Source: Alicyclobacillus sp. (GTDB lineage Bacteria; Bacillota; Bacilli; Alicyclobacillales; Alicyclobacillaceae). From it: a DNA stretch of 64,000 bases. Positions 52,698-62,040 of this stretch are shown here, in pieces (position 1 is the stretch's first letter; each line of letters begins with the position of its first letter). The position numbers were made by a program, and so were the translations under genes. The notes beneath the pieces are model-generated. The model worked only from the letters and a program-made list of their open reading frames with translations, was not told the DNA's origin and searched no databases. The stretch covers positions 4,241-68,240 of the forward strand of contig JAIMBT010000019.1 in NCBI GenBank assembly GCA_023511295.1. The letters are read 5' to 3'.

Positions 52698-54872
52698 ATG
52701 AGCAAGCGTGCCGTTTCTGCGGAAGACATCTTCCGCATCCGACTCTTGGGAGAGGTGGCGATGCATCCGGATGGTTCCGCCATTGCAGCGACCGTGACAG
52801 AGTTGGATCGAGAGGAGAACAGCTACCGAACGCACATCTGGCGAATCGAGGCGGAAAGCGGGGAGATGCGCGTCTTTGCGAACGGATCGAAATCGGATTC
52901 GAAACCGCGCTGGTCTCCGGACGGGCGGTGGCTGGCCTTCTTGTCAAACCGGTCGACGGAGCATCAGCAGCTGTACGTGATGCCCGCCGACGGTGGCGAA
53001 GCGGTCCGCGTCACGGCGTTCCCAGACGGTGTGGAGGCGTTTCAGTGGGCGCCGGACAGCCGCCGCGTGGCGCTGACGACGCGGGTCGACCTGAACAAGG
53101 GTCCGCGGGTGGATTGGGGTGCCGAAGACCGACGCGAGTCGCCCCGAGAGAAGTTCAGTAAAGACGTCCTGCGCATTCGCAAGAGCTTCTACCGCTTGGA
53201 TGGGGTTGGGTTTTTCGGAGACAAGCGTGCACACCTTCACGTGGTGGATCTCGCTGCGCTGGCGACATCGAGTGCGGTGGCGGGGACCGACCAGGCGATT
53301 CGGCAGCAGTTTCCCTACGCCTGCCTCACCTTTGGAGACTTTCACGTCGATTCCTTCGACTGGGCCCCAGACGGTCAGTCCCTGGCGATGGCCGCCAACC
53401 CGCGCGAAGACGCGGAACGGACGTTTGCGCAGTACCTGTACCGAGTGCCCGTGCCGCAGACGCTGGAAGGCGCCGCACCGGTTGCGACGGAGGACCTGGT
53501 CTGCCTGACGGGCGAGTTCCACTGGGCGGGCGCGTTGAAGTGGTCGCCGGACGGCCGTCGCATTGCGTTTCGCGGCCACAACCGCCAGCACGGGCCAACC
53601 ACCATGGCTGGGCTGTACGCGCTCGACGTGGAGAGCGGCCGGATTCAGTGGCTGACGGAAGGCATCGACGAGGTGTTTGAGAACAGTTCGCTCACCGACA
53701 CGCGCGGGAGCGTACGCGACGAACTGGCTTGGTCGCCGGACGGTTCGGCCGTGTACAGCTTGATGTCCCGGCGTGGAACGGTGCAACTCGTCGCGGTGGA
53801 CGCGACGACCGGCGCCCTCCGGCACGTGACCGACGGGGCCCACTGCGTGCTCGACTTCTCGCTCGACCGAGCCGGGGAGCGGATGGCCTTACACGTCGGC
53901 ACCAGCCTCGACGTTGGGAACGTGTACCTGCTCGACGGTGCGCTGTCCACAAATGCGGCAGGTGTGAACGGCGCTGCGGACAGGCCGACGGATTCCGCAC
54001 ACCCGTACGCCACCGGTGCTGGCCGGCGGTTGACCGACCTCAACCGCGCCTACCTCGACGAGGTGGAGCTGGCGGTGCCGCAGAAGTTCCACTTTGAGAG
54101 TGACGGACTGACCCTAGACGGGTGGGCCATCCTGCCGCCGGCGCCCGCGCCCGTCGGCGGCTACCCGGTGGTGCTCGAGGTGCACGGTGGACCAGCGGCG
54201 ATGTACGCAGAGTCGTTTTTCCTGGAGTTTCAGCTCCTCGCGGCGTCCGGCATGGCGGTGGTCTACACCAACCCGAGGGGCGGGCTGGGGTACGGACAGG
54301 AGTTCGTCTCCTGTATCGAGATGGACTGGGGCAACCTCGACTTTCGCGACGTCGAGGCCGGGATAGAGGCGGCGCTCGCGCGCTTCCCGCTCAACCCATC
54401 CGAAGTGGCGATTGCGGGCGGCAGCTACGGCGGGTTCATGTCCGCCTGGGCGATTGGCCACAGCAAGCGCTACAAAGCCGCGGTCGTGATGCGGGCCGTC
54501 ATCAACTGGTACTCGATGATGGCGAGCGACGTTGGCTTCGTCACCCCGGCTGAGGAGTTTCGAGGCCCGGCACCGTGGGAGGACCCGGATCGCTACATGC
54601 GCATCTCGCCCATCACGTACGTGAATCACATCGAGGCGCACACGCTCATCATCCACTCGGAGAACGACTACCGCTGTCCGATAGACCAGGGTGAGCAACT
54701 GTACATCGCGCTTCGCCTCCGCGGTGTGCCGGTGGAGTTCCTGCGCTTTCCCGACGAGTCGCACGGACTCTCCCGCAACGGCCAGCCCTGGCATCGGGTC
54801 GTGCGCCTCGAGGCCATCCAGTCGTTCCTGGCAAAGGAGTTGGGCACAGGACAGGGCGCCACGGCGGAGTGA
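52698..54872 (+). CDS. S9-family serine peptidase (prolyl oligopeptidase / acylaminoacyl peptidase type) with N-terminal beta-propeller
   Basis: 724 aa. Repeated ...SPDG... propeller blades, nucleophile motif GGSYGG, and a C-terminal ...SENDYRCP... / ...DESHGL... Asp/His region. Confidence 0.9.
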   Translation: MSKRAVSAEDIFRIRLLGEVAMHPDGSAIAATVTELDREENSYRTHIWRIEAESGEMRVFANGSKSDSKPRWSPDGRWLAFLSNRSTEHQQLYVMPADGGEAVRVTAFPDGVEAFQWAPDSRRVALTTRVDLNKGPRVDWGAEDRRESPREKFSKDVLRIRKSFYRLDGVGFFGDKRAHLHVVDLAALATSSAVAGTDQAIRQQFPYACLTFGDFHVDSFDWAPDGQSLAMAANPREDAERTFAQYLYRVPVPQTLEGAAPVATEDLVCLTGEFHWAGALKWSPDGRRIAFRGHNRQHGPTTMAGLYALDVESGRIQWLTEGIDEVFENSSLTDTRGSVRDELAWSPDGSAVYSLMSRRGTVQLVAVDATTGALRHVTDGAHCVLDFSLDRAGERMALHVGTSLDVGNVYLLDGALSTNAAGVNGAADRPTDSAHPYATGAGRRLTDLNRAYLDEVELAVPQKFHFESDGLTLDGWAILPPAPAPVGGYPVVLEVHGGPAAMYAESFFLEFQLLAASGMAVVYTNPRGGLGYGQEFVSCIEMDWGNLDFRDVEAGIEAALARFPLNPSEVAIAGGSYGGFMSAWAIGHSKRYKAAVVMRAVINWYSMMASDVGFVTPAEEFRGPAPWEDPDRYMRISPITYVNHIEAHTLIIHSENDYRCPIDQGEQLYIALRLRGVPVEFLRFPDESHGLSRNGQPWHRVVRLEAIQSFLAKELGTGQGATAE

Positions 54873-54988
54873 GGAAACGGGCGGACTGCTTCCTGCGCTC
54901 CGTCGACTGGATTCTCCCGGCGCTGGCAGGAATCGACCCCTCCCGACGCGAAACCGATCTCGAACGAACGGGTCGGGAGGGGTGTCCT

Positions 54989-56239
54989 GTGTTCAAGTTC
55001 GTGCATTGCGCTGATATCCACCTCGACAGCCCGCTGCGGGGCCTCTCCGCACTCGCCGACGCGCCAGCCGACGAGATTCGCGGGGCCACGCGGCGCGCGC
55101 TGGAGAACCTGGTCGACCTGTGCATCCGCGAAGCCGTGCAGTTCCTCGTGATTGCGGGGGACGTGTACGACGGCGACTGGGACGATTACAATACGGCGCT
55201 GTTCTTCCACCGCTGCATGAGTCGACTGCAAAGTGCCGGAATACCCGTCTACCTCATCCGCGGCAACCACGACGCGGCGAGCCACATGTCGCGCCGACTC
55301 ACGCTGCCGACAAACGTCGTCGAGTTTCCGTCTGACGCGCCGCACACCGAGCGCATCCCAGCGCTCAACGTATCCATCCACGGACAGAGCTTTGCCCATC
55401 GGGCGGTGACGGACAACCTGGCGCGCAACTACCCGGAACCGGACCCGGGGCACTTCAATATCGGCATCCTCCACACCTGCGCTGAAGGGCAGGAAGGGCA
55501 CGAGCCGTACGCGCCCTGCACGGTGGCGGAACTCGCGGCGAAAGGGTACCAGTATTGGGCGCTCGGCCACATCCATCAGCGCCAGGTTTTGCACGAGAAC
55601 CCGTGCATCGTCTTTCCTGGCAACATCCAGGGACGGCACATCCGGGAGCCCGGCGAGAAAGGCTGTACCCTCGTCACGGTGGACGGTGCGTCCGTGCGAC
55701 TGGAGCACCGGAACCTCGACGTCCTGCGCTTCTTCCCGTGCGAGGTGGATTTGGGCGGGGTGACGAGCGAGATCGAGTGCACCCAGCGCATCGAGCGAGC
55801 CCTGGCGGACCTCGCGGAAGCGCACGATTGCTTGCTGGCTGTGCGCGTGACGCTCTGCGGCGCCACGTCGTTACACGGGGACCTCGTCGCCGACCAGGAG
55901 CGGTTCGACGCGGAGGTGCGGGCAGCCGCACAGAACGTCGCGGGGGAGCGCCTGTGGGTGGAACGGGTTCGCTTCCGAACGGAGATGCCGCAGAGCGCGG
56001 CGGAAGCGGTGCAGTCGTCCTTGGTGGGCTTGTTGGAATCCATGGAGGAGGCATCAGCCGACGAGACCTTCGTGTCGGCGTTCCTCAGTGACATGCAGTC
56101 GCTGCAGAGCCGCATGCGCGATTACCAGCAGACGCCGGACGCGTTGGTCCTCGAGGATGAAGAGGACGTCCGCGGGCTGTTCGCCGACGCCCGTGCGCTG
56201 TTGCTGACGCGGCTGCAGGGAGGGGGCGTAGGCCGATGA
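54989..56239 (+). CDS. yhaO: SbcD-like metallophosphoesterase DNA exonuclease (YhaO-like)
   Basis: Start GTG 54989, 6 nt after GGGAGGGG. VFKFVHCADIHLDSP, VIAGDVYD and IRGNHD calcineurin-like motifs. 416 aa. Confidence 0.75.
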   Translation: MFKFVHCADIHLDSPLRGLSALADAPADEIRGATRRALENLVDLCIREAVQFLVIAGDVYDGDWDDYNTALFFHRCMSRLQSAGIPVYLIRGNHDAASHMSRRLTLPTNVVEFPSDAPHTERIPALNVSIHGQSFAHRAVTDNLARNYPEPDPGHFNIGILHTCAEGQEGHEPYAPCTVAELAAKGYQYWALGHIHQRQVLHENPCIVFPGNIQGRHIREPGEKGCTLVTVDGASVRLEHRNLDVLRFFPCEVDLGGVTSEIECTQRIERALADLAEAHDCLLAVRVTLCGATSLHGDLVADQERFDAEVRAAAQNVAGERLWVERVRFRTEMPQSAAEAVQSSLVGLLESMEEASADETFVSAFLSDMQSLQSRMRDYQQTPDALVLEDEEDVRGLFADARALLLTRLQGGGVGR

Positions 56240-59200
56240 TGATCCGCCGGTTGGATGTCCAATCTGTTCTGCACTTCGCGCGGCTCTCGCTCGATTTCAG
56301 CGACCAGCCCTCCGGTCTCCACATCCTCTACGGGCCGAACGAGGCAGGCAAGAGCACACTCCTGCGGGTCTTGGTGGACCTCCTTTTCGGCGGCCGCATC
56401 GCCGAGGAGCATACCCCCCTGTACAGCCGCGACTCGCGCATCCACGGCGTCCTGACGCTCGGGGAAGTCGGTGGGGAAACTGCGGCAGCATCCGCCGGCC
56501 CCGTGGCACCGGAGCATACCGGTGGGGACAGGGGACCTCGTGCGGAACTGGACGTGCGTCGCCGGCGGAAGCGGAGTTCGCTACACCTTGTCGACGCGAA
56601 CGACCGGGACCTCCCAGAGGAACTGCTGCAGCCGTACCTGCACGGGGTGAACCGGGATAGATATACGTTGCTGTTCGGGATGGACCACAAGCGGCTTCGC
56701 ACGGGCGGAGACAACCTCCTGCAGTCCGGTGGGGATGCCGGTATCTCGCTGTTCGAGGCTGGGGGCGGGCTGCAGACGCTGCAACAGCTGCTCGAGCAAC
56801 TGCGCGTGCGGGCGGAGGAACTGCTCGACCCCAGCTTTCGCAGGAATTCCAGCAGGCGGTTGAACGCTGCCTGGGCGCACTATCAGGAAGCGCGGAGACA
56901 GGTGCGCGAGTCCGGGTTGCGGGGTGACGACTGGCACGCGCTGCGAGCGGAGGTGGAGCACTGCGAGGCGGAAGTCGCCCGGTTGGCAGGACAGATGCGC
57001 GAGCTGCAGGTGGAGCAGCAGCGGCTCCAGCGGGTGGAGCGCAACCGCGCAGGGGTTCACGAGTGGCTGGCAGCGCGCCGGGCGGTGGATGCCCTGCCGG
57101 CGAACCACGCGTTGCCGGAGCCGGTCGTCGAGACCTTGAGCCAGTTGCTGGCGGAGCGCGAGCGGGCGCAAGCGCGGCTGGCAGAACTGGCGCAGGCGGT
57201 GGCGGAGCGCGAGCGGCAGCTCCAGACCATTCCGCTGGACCCGGAGATCTTGCCGTTTCAAGAGGCGATTGACCAACTTCACGAACAGCTCGGCCGGTAT
57301 CAGCAAGATTGCGCCAGTATCCCGCGCTTTGCGGAGGCAGCGGCGCAGCTGCACGAGCGGGTGGTGGAGCAGTGGCGCGAGCTGCAACCGGGCAGAGGCC
57401 TGGACGAACTGGACCAGTTCCGGATTCCGGCGGCGGTGGCGGATGAGGTGGACCTGCTCGTCGCAGAACAGGAGAAGTTGGCCGCGGAGGAAGCCGCCCT
57501 GGCCCGGCAGAAGGCAGATCTCGACGAGAACGGCGCAACGCTGGAGCAAGACCTGGCTGCGCTGGGGCGGGACGTGGACGTGGAACCGCTTCGGAGACAA
57601 CTCGAGGTGCTGGCGCAGCGGCCAGACAGAGGGGACATCGAGGGCGAGCTGACGCAGGTCGAGACAGAGATTGGGCGACTGGCAGCGAAGGCCGACCAGC
57701 TACTTCAGCGACAGACGCTGTGGACGGACGGGCCCGAGTCCTTGGCCAAGGCGCCGGTTCCGCTGTTCGAGACCGTGGAGCGGTATGCACGCCTTCTGCG
57801 CCAAGCGAACGAGGCCATCGCGTCGTCCGAGCGAGATCTGGAACAGTTGAACGAACAATTGGGCGACTGCAGGAGAGAGATGGAATCGCTGGCGTTGAAC
57901 GAATCGGTGGTGGGGGAGGCGGACCTCGTCAAAGCTCGCCGGCGCCGCGACGAAGGCTGGGCTCTCGTCAAGCGCGCGTGGTTGGAGGAGGAGCCGCTGC
58001 CGCTTGAACTGGCCGCTTTTGCGGGGGACCAGGGACTGCTGGAAGCATATGAAGCGGCGGTTCAAGCGGCCGACGACGTCGCCGACCGGATGTGGCGGGA
58101 AGCAGATGTGACCATGCGCTTCGCACAGTGTGTGCTTCGCCAGACACATCTGACGGAGCGGATTGCGGAGAAGCAGCGGCAGTTGTCCGAACAGCGAGAG
58201 CGCTGTGCGGCCGTTTGGGCGAACTGGGTCGGGGAGTGGCAGCCAAGCGGCATCGCGCCCCGGCAGCCGGAAGAGATGAAGGACTGGCTGCTGCAGGTGT
58301 ACCGGCCTGTGGTGGACACGTGGGCCGAGGTACAGCAGGCCGAGTCCCGCAAGGCGGCGTTGTTGGCCGACCAGGCATCGTGGCGGACGCGGTTGTCAGG
58401 GGTGTTGGCTGCGAGCGGGATTGCAGTCGACCCCGCACTCAACTCAACCCTGCAAGATCTTGTTGCCATCGCGCGGGACAACGTGCAGCGGGCAACATTT
58501 CGAGCGGAGCAGCGGATTCAGGTACAGGAGCGGTTGGCGCGTCACCGCGTGCGGGCGCAGCAGTGGCAGGCGGAGCAGACAGCGCTGTTGGCGCGGAGCT
58601 CTGAATTGGCGGCGCGGTGGCAGAACCTGCGGGGGACGTATGGGCACTTGCCCGAGGACTTGGCGGTGGCCAAGAGCGAGACCGCTCGCCTCCGCAAGCT
58701 GTTCGAGGCCGTGGACGAGCAGGCCCAACGGTTGGCGGAGATGCATCGGGCAGAAGACGACTGTCGGGCGTATGAGCAGAGGGTGACCGCACTGGCGGAG
58801 GCTTTAGGCACCACACTCGGCTCCAGTCCGCTGTACCCTCACTGGGTCCGGGCGACCCACCAGCGGGTGTCCGACGCGCAACGTCAACAGGCGCTGGCGG
58901 TGCAGTGTCAACGCGACCTGGAGACGGCCCGGCGTCAGCGAGACGAGGTGCAGGTGTCGCTCGCGCGTGTGGAACGGAGTTTGGCCGCACAGGCCCAGGC
59001 ACTGGGGTGCACGGATGTCGGGGCGTTGCCCCGCCGCATCGAAGCCGCCGTACAGCGACGCGCCGCGGAGCGGGCTGCTGAGGCGGCCGAACAGCGCCTG
59101 CAGGCGGCGGAGCCCCGCTTGACCGTCGAGGAATTGGTCGAGGAGGTGACGGCGGCACCAGGGGTGGACGAGCTGGCGGTGCGCCTCCGCGAACTGGAAG

Positions 59201-59868
59201 ACACGTTGGCAGACCTCGGCGCCCGAACGGAGCGGGCGCACCAGGCGCTCGGCAGTGCGCGAGCGCGCCTCGATGCCCTCGACGGCAGTCGGATGGATGC
59301 AACTCGCCACGCGGAGCAGGCGCAGGCGCACCTGGCAGCGGTCGACGGCTTTTGGAACGAGTACGTGCGAGTGGAACTCGCGCGGCGGCTCCTGCAGCGG
59401 GCCATCGACGATTTCCGGCGAGCGAACGAATCTGCCATCCTGAACCGGGCTGGAGATCTGCTCCGGCACCTCACGGCAGGCCGCCACGTCGAGCTCGCCG
59501 TTGAGTTCGACGGCGCCCATCCATACCTGGAGGTGGTGGACGCGAACAGGACGGCGCGCCGTGTGCAACAACTGAGTGACGGCACCCGAGACCAGCTGTA
59601 TCTGGCGCTGCGGCTGGCCTTTGTCGAGCAGCAGCTGCACAGCGGTGTCGTCCTCCCGCTCGTCCTCGACGACCTTTTGGTGCACTCGGACGACCACCGG
59701 ACCCGCGCGACCTTGGCGGTCCTCGCTGAACTGGGTCGGCACACGCAGGTGCTGTACTTCACGCACCACCAGTCCATCGTCGACGCGGCCCGCGAACTCC
59801 GCGTGCGGGTACACAATCTGGAATCGCTCGCGGAACGGGGGGACGACGTTGGAATCCTCGGTATCTGA
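56236..59868 (+). CDS. yhaN: SbcC/Rad50-like AAA ATPase with very long coiled-coil (YhaN-like)
   Basis: ATGA overlap with the preceding gene. Walker A GPNEAGKST at the N-terminus, about 900 aa of coiled-coil-like E/R/A/L/Q sequence, then C-terminal signature LSDGTRDQLYLALRLA and Walker B LPLVLDDLLVHSDD. Confidence 0.75.
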   Translation: MMIRRLDVQSVLHFARLSLDFSDQPSGLHILYGPNEAGKSTLLRVLVDLLFGGRIAEEHTPLYSRDSRIHGVLTLGEVGGETAAASAGPVAPEHTGGDRGPRAELDVRRRRKRSSLHLVDANDRDLPEELLQPYLHGVNRDRYTLLFGMDHKRLRTGGDNLLQSGGDAGISLFEAGGGLQTLQQLLEQLRVRAEELLDPSFRRNSSRRLNAAWAHYQEARRQVRESGLRGDDWHALRAEVEHCEAEVARLAGQMRELQVEQQRLQRVERNRAGVHEWLAARRAVDALPANHALPEPVVETLSQLLAERERAQARLAELAQAVAERERQLQTIPLDPEILPFQEAIDQLHEQLGRYQQDCASIPRFAEAAAQLHERVVEQWRELQPGRGLDELDQFRIPAAVADEVDLLVAEQEKLAAEEAALARQKADLDENGATLEQDLAALGRDVDVEPLRRQLEVLAQRPDRGDIEGELTQVETEIGRLAAKADQLLQRQTLWTDGPESLAKAPVPLFETVERYARLLRQANEAIASSERDLEQLNEQLGDCRREMESLALNESVVGEADLVKARRRRDEGWALVKRAWLEEEPLPLELAAFAGDQGLLEAYEAAVQAADDVADRMWREADVTMRFAQCVLRQTHLTERIAEKQRQLSEQRERCAAVWANWVGEWQPSGIAPRQPEEMKDWLLQVYRPVVDTWAEVQQAESRKAALLADQASWRTRLSGVLAASGIAVDPALNSTLQDLVAIARDNVQRATFRAEQRIQVQERLARHRVRAQQWQAEQTALLARSSELAARWQNLRGTYGHLPEDLAVAKSETARLRKLFEAVDEQAQRLAEMHRAEDDCRAYEQRVTALAEALGTTLGSSPLYPHWVRATHQRVSDAQRQQALAVQCQRDLETARRQRDEVQVSLARVERSLAAQAQALGCTDVGALPRRIEAAVQRRAAERAAEAAEQRLQAAEPRLTVEELVEEVTAAPGVDELAVRLRELEDTLADLGARTERAHQALGSARARLDALDGSRMDATRHAEQAQAHLAAVDGFWNEYVRVELARRLLQRAIDDFRRANESAILNRAGDLLRHLTAGRHVELAVEFDGAHPYLEVVDANRTARRVQQLSDGTRDQLYLALRLAFVEQQLHSGVVLPLVLDDLLVHSDDHRTRATLAVLAELGRHTQVLYFTHHQSIVDAARELRVRVHNLESLAERGDDVGILGI

Positions 59869-59926
59869 GGCCCGCGGGCTCGCATCAACAGAGGAAGCGG
59901 CGGCCGCGTTTCAGGCAGAGGGTGGG

Positions 59927-60916
59927 TTGAACGGGCTGCTGGCGGAGGCGGTCTGTCTTGGCGCGTCGGACCTGCACCTGTCCGCTGGCGCTGTGCCGGT
60001 GGTCCGCGTGGATGGGGCCCTGCGGCCACTCGCCAGATCAGTTGTGTCGGCTGAACAGATGGAAGAATTGCTTCGGTCACTGTTAAACGGACCCCGTCTG
60101 GCGCGGCTGCAGTCGGTCGGGGACGTCGACTTCTCGCACAGTCTGCCAGGATTGTCGCGCTTTCGCGTGAATGTGTTTCAACAGTGGGACGGTCTGGGGG
60201 CAGCCATCCGGGTGATTCCGAACCACGTTCCCACGCCGGAGGCGCTGGGACTGCCAGCGGTCCTCACGGAGCTGGCGGAGCGGCGGCAGGGGCTGCTGTT
60301 GGTGACGGGCCCGACGGGCAGCGGTAAGTCGACCACGCTGGCCGCCCTCATTGCGCACATCAACCGTACGGCGGGCAAGCACATCGTGACCCTCGAAGAC
60401 CCGATTGAGTACGTGCACCGCCCGCAGCGGTCGTTGGTCCAGCAGCGGGAAGTCGGTCGGGACACTCGCTCGTTTGCGGACGGTCTGCGCGCGGCGCTGC
60501 GCCAGGACCCGGACGTCCTGTTGATAGGGGAGTTGCGCGACCTGGAGACCATCCAAACCGCCCTCACGGCGGCGGAGACGGGGCACCTCGTCCTGGCGAC
60601 GCTGCACACGATGGGAGCCGTACAGACGATTGAGCGGTTGGTGGACGTGTTTCCGCCGCACCAGCAGGCGCAGGTTCGGATGCAGTTGGCATCCGTATTG
60701 GTGGGCGTTGCGAGCCAGCAATTGCTGCCCCGTCAAGGCGGGGGGCGGGTTGCAGCGTTTGAAGTGATGGTGAACACGCCGGCGGTGGCCAACCTCGTGC
60801 GAAGCGGCCCGTTACACCAGCTCACCACCGTGATTCAGACCAGCCGACAGCTTGGGATGCACACCTTGGAGACCCACATCCGCGAGTTGGCGCAGGCTGG
60901 GGTGCTGGCACCGTAA
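59927..60916 (+). CDS. pilT: PilT-family type IV pilus retraction (twitching motility) ATPase
   Basis: GASDLHL, Walker A GPTGSGKST, Asp box, Walker B DPDVLLIGELRD, His box TGHLVLATLHT. The start is uncertain: TTG 59927 is the first canonical in-frame start after the upstream stop. Confidence 0.8.
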   Translation: MNGLLAEAVCLGASDLHLSAGAVPVVRVDGALRPLARSVVSAEQMEELLRSLLNGPRLARLQSVGDVDFSHSLPGLSRFRVNVFQQWDGLGAAIRVIPNHVPTPEALGLPAVLTELAERRQGLLLVTGPTGSGKSTTLAALIAHINRTAGKHIVTLEDPIEYVHRPQRSLVQQREVGRDTRSFADGLRAALRQDPDVLLIGELRDLETIQTALTAAETGHLVLATLHTMGAVQTIERLVDVFPPHQQAQVRMQLASVLVGVASQQLLPRQGGGRVAAFEVMVNTPAVANLVRSGPLHQLTTVIQTSRQLGMHTLETHIRELAQAGVLAP

Positions 60917-61047
60917 CCGAGTGTATACCCGCGCACCTCTGACCCCGTTTCGGCCTCCGTGCCTGGACGGGTCGAGCTACAAGGCGACCGGTCGGTGCCA
61001 CGAACGCCCGACCAAGGACGCCAGATCTGGATGCAAGAGCATGCGGG

Positions 61048-61380
61048 TCAGAGGGTCTTCGACTCCATCGTCTGCAAAAATTCTTCAATCTCGCGCTCCG
61101 TCTTCGCCCATCGGCTGTGCAGGTGGGCGACCTTCTCCCCGTTTCGGAAGATGAGAAAGCTCGGCGCCCCCTTAACCTCGTAGCGGTCGGAGATCTCGGG
61201 AAACTCCTCGCTGTTCATCCCGTAAAACTGTTTGTCGGTGTGCCGAGCGACAATCTCATCGAGAAACCCGGACACGCGTCGACAGTCGGGGCACCACGTC
61301 GTATAAAATTCAACCACGGTCGGTGTATCACGGGCGATGGCCTCTTGGAATTGGGCCTCCGAGGTGATCTGTTGCGGCAT
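61048..61380 (-). CDS. Thioredoxin-family protein (WCPDC active site)
   Basis: Trimmed to ATG 61378-61380, 9 nt after GAGGGAG. 110 aa. ...VVEFYTTWCPDCRRV... is non-canonical compared with WCGPC. Confidence 0.85.
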   Translation of the reverse strand: MPQQITSEAQFQEAIARDTPTVVEFYTTWCPDCRRVSGFLDEIVARHTDKQFYGMNSEEFPEISDRYEVKGAPSFLIFRNGEKVAHLHSRWAKTEREIEEFLQTMESKTL

Positions 61381-61523
61381 GCTGCATCGCTCCCTCGACA
61401 GTTGTGGGGGCGTCCCCATTCGACTCGCCGACGCCCCTCCATCTCTTCTTCTCCCATTATACCGCGCCAGCCACCGGTTCGGCGCCCCGGCACAGCCTTC
61501 GCGCGGAAACCGGATGCCGGTGC

Positions 61524-61552
61524 TTGACACGCGGTGAGCTGGAGCGTACACT
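61524..61552 (+). promoter_or_regulatory. Sigma-A-type promoter TTGACA-17-TACACT for the YtrA-like operon
   Basis: TTGACA 61524-61529, a 17-nt spacer, TACACT 61547-61552. About 85 nt upstream of GTG 61636. Confidence 0.5.
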
Positions 61553-61563
61553 CAGGCCATACC

Positions 61564-61590
61564 ATGTGTACCGTATAATACGGTACACAT
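61564..61590. promoter_or_regulatory. 27-bp perfect palindrome, candidate operator of the adjacent YtrA-type GntR repressor
   Basis: ATGTGTACCGTAT-A-ATACGGTACACAT, verified base by base. It sits just downstream of the predicted -10 and contains the GT..AC cores typical of GntR sites. Confidence 0.6.
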
Positions 61591-61635
61591 AGAACAAACG
61601 TGGCGTGCCAGACCGCTCGCGCAGGAGGTAAACCT

Positions 61636-62040
61636 GTGTACCCGTGGCTTCGCGTAGATCCCAAACTGCCGGTGGCGATGTATCAGCAGATTGTGGACGG
61701 CATCAAGGAAAGCGTCGCGAAGGGCCTGTTGCGAGCAGGCGACAAACTCCCGTCCGTGCGCGAGTTGTCGATGACCCTCACGCTGAACCACAACACCGTG
61801 GCCAAGGCCTATCAGGAGTTGGAGCGCGAGCGCGTGATTGAAGTCGTGCGCGGTCGCGGCACGTTCGTCGGGGAGGGCGTGTTGCCGCCAGACCGGGAAG
61901 AGCGGCTGAGGGAACTGCGCGGCGCCCTCGAGCGATTGCTCGTCGAGGCGCACCACTTACAGGTGGGCGAAGCGGAATTTCTCGCATTGGTCCACGACGT
62001 ACTCGTGTCCTGGCGACGCCAGAAGGAGGTTGGACCGTGA
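61636..62040 (+). CDS. GntR-family transcriptional regulator, YtrA subfamily (short C-terminal domain)
   Basis: GTG 61636, 7 nt after AGGAGG. 134 aa. wHTH ...MYQQIVDGIKESVAKGLLRAGDKLPSVRELSMTLTLNHNTVAKAYQELERERVIEVVRGRGTFV. Confidence 0.85.
   Translation: MYPWLRVDPKLPVAMYQQIVDGIKESVAKGLLRAGDKLPSVRELSMTLTLNHNTVAKAYQELERERVIEVVRGRGTFVGEGVLPPDREERLRELRGALERLLVEAHHLQVGEAEFLALVHDVLVSWRRQKEVGP

Noticed and set aside
56297-57790. A 497-aa Pro/Ala/Arg-rich ORF antisense to the coiled-coil region of the YhaN-like gene.
   Set aside because: It has no SD or family resemblance. Its composition mirrors the GAG/CGC/GCG-rich coiled-coil codons on the other strand, so it is a shadow ORF.
59927-60916. A type IV pilus or competence pilus gene cluster around pilT.
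   Set aside because: No pilB, pilC, pilin, prepilin peptidase or pilMNOPQ homologues are present in the flanks. Upstream is yhaN-like and downstream a convergent thioredoxin gene. Only a lone ATPase gene can be claimed.
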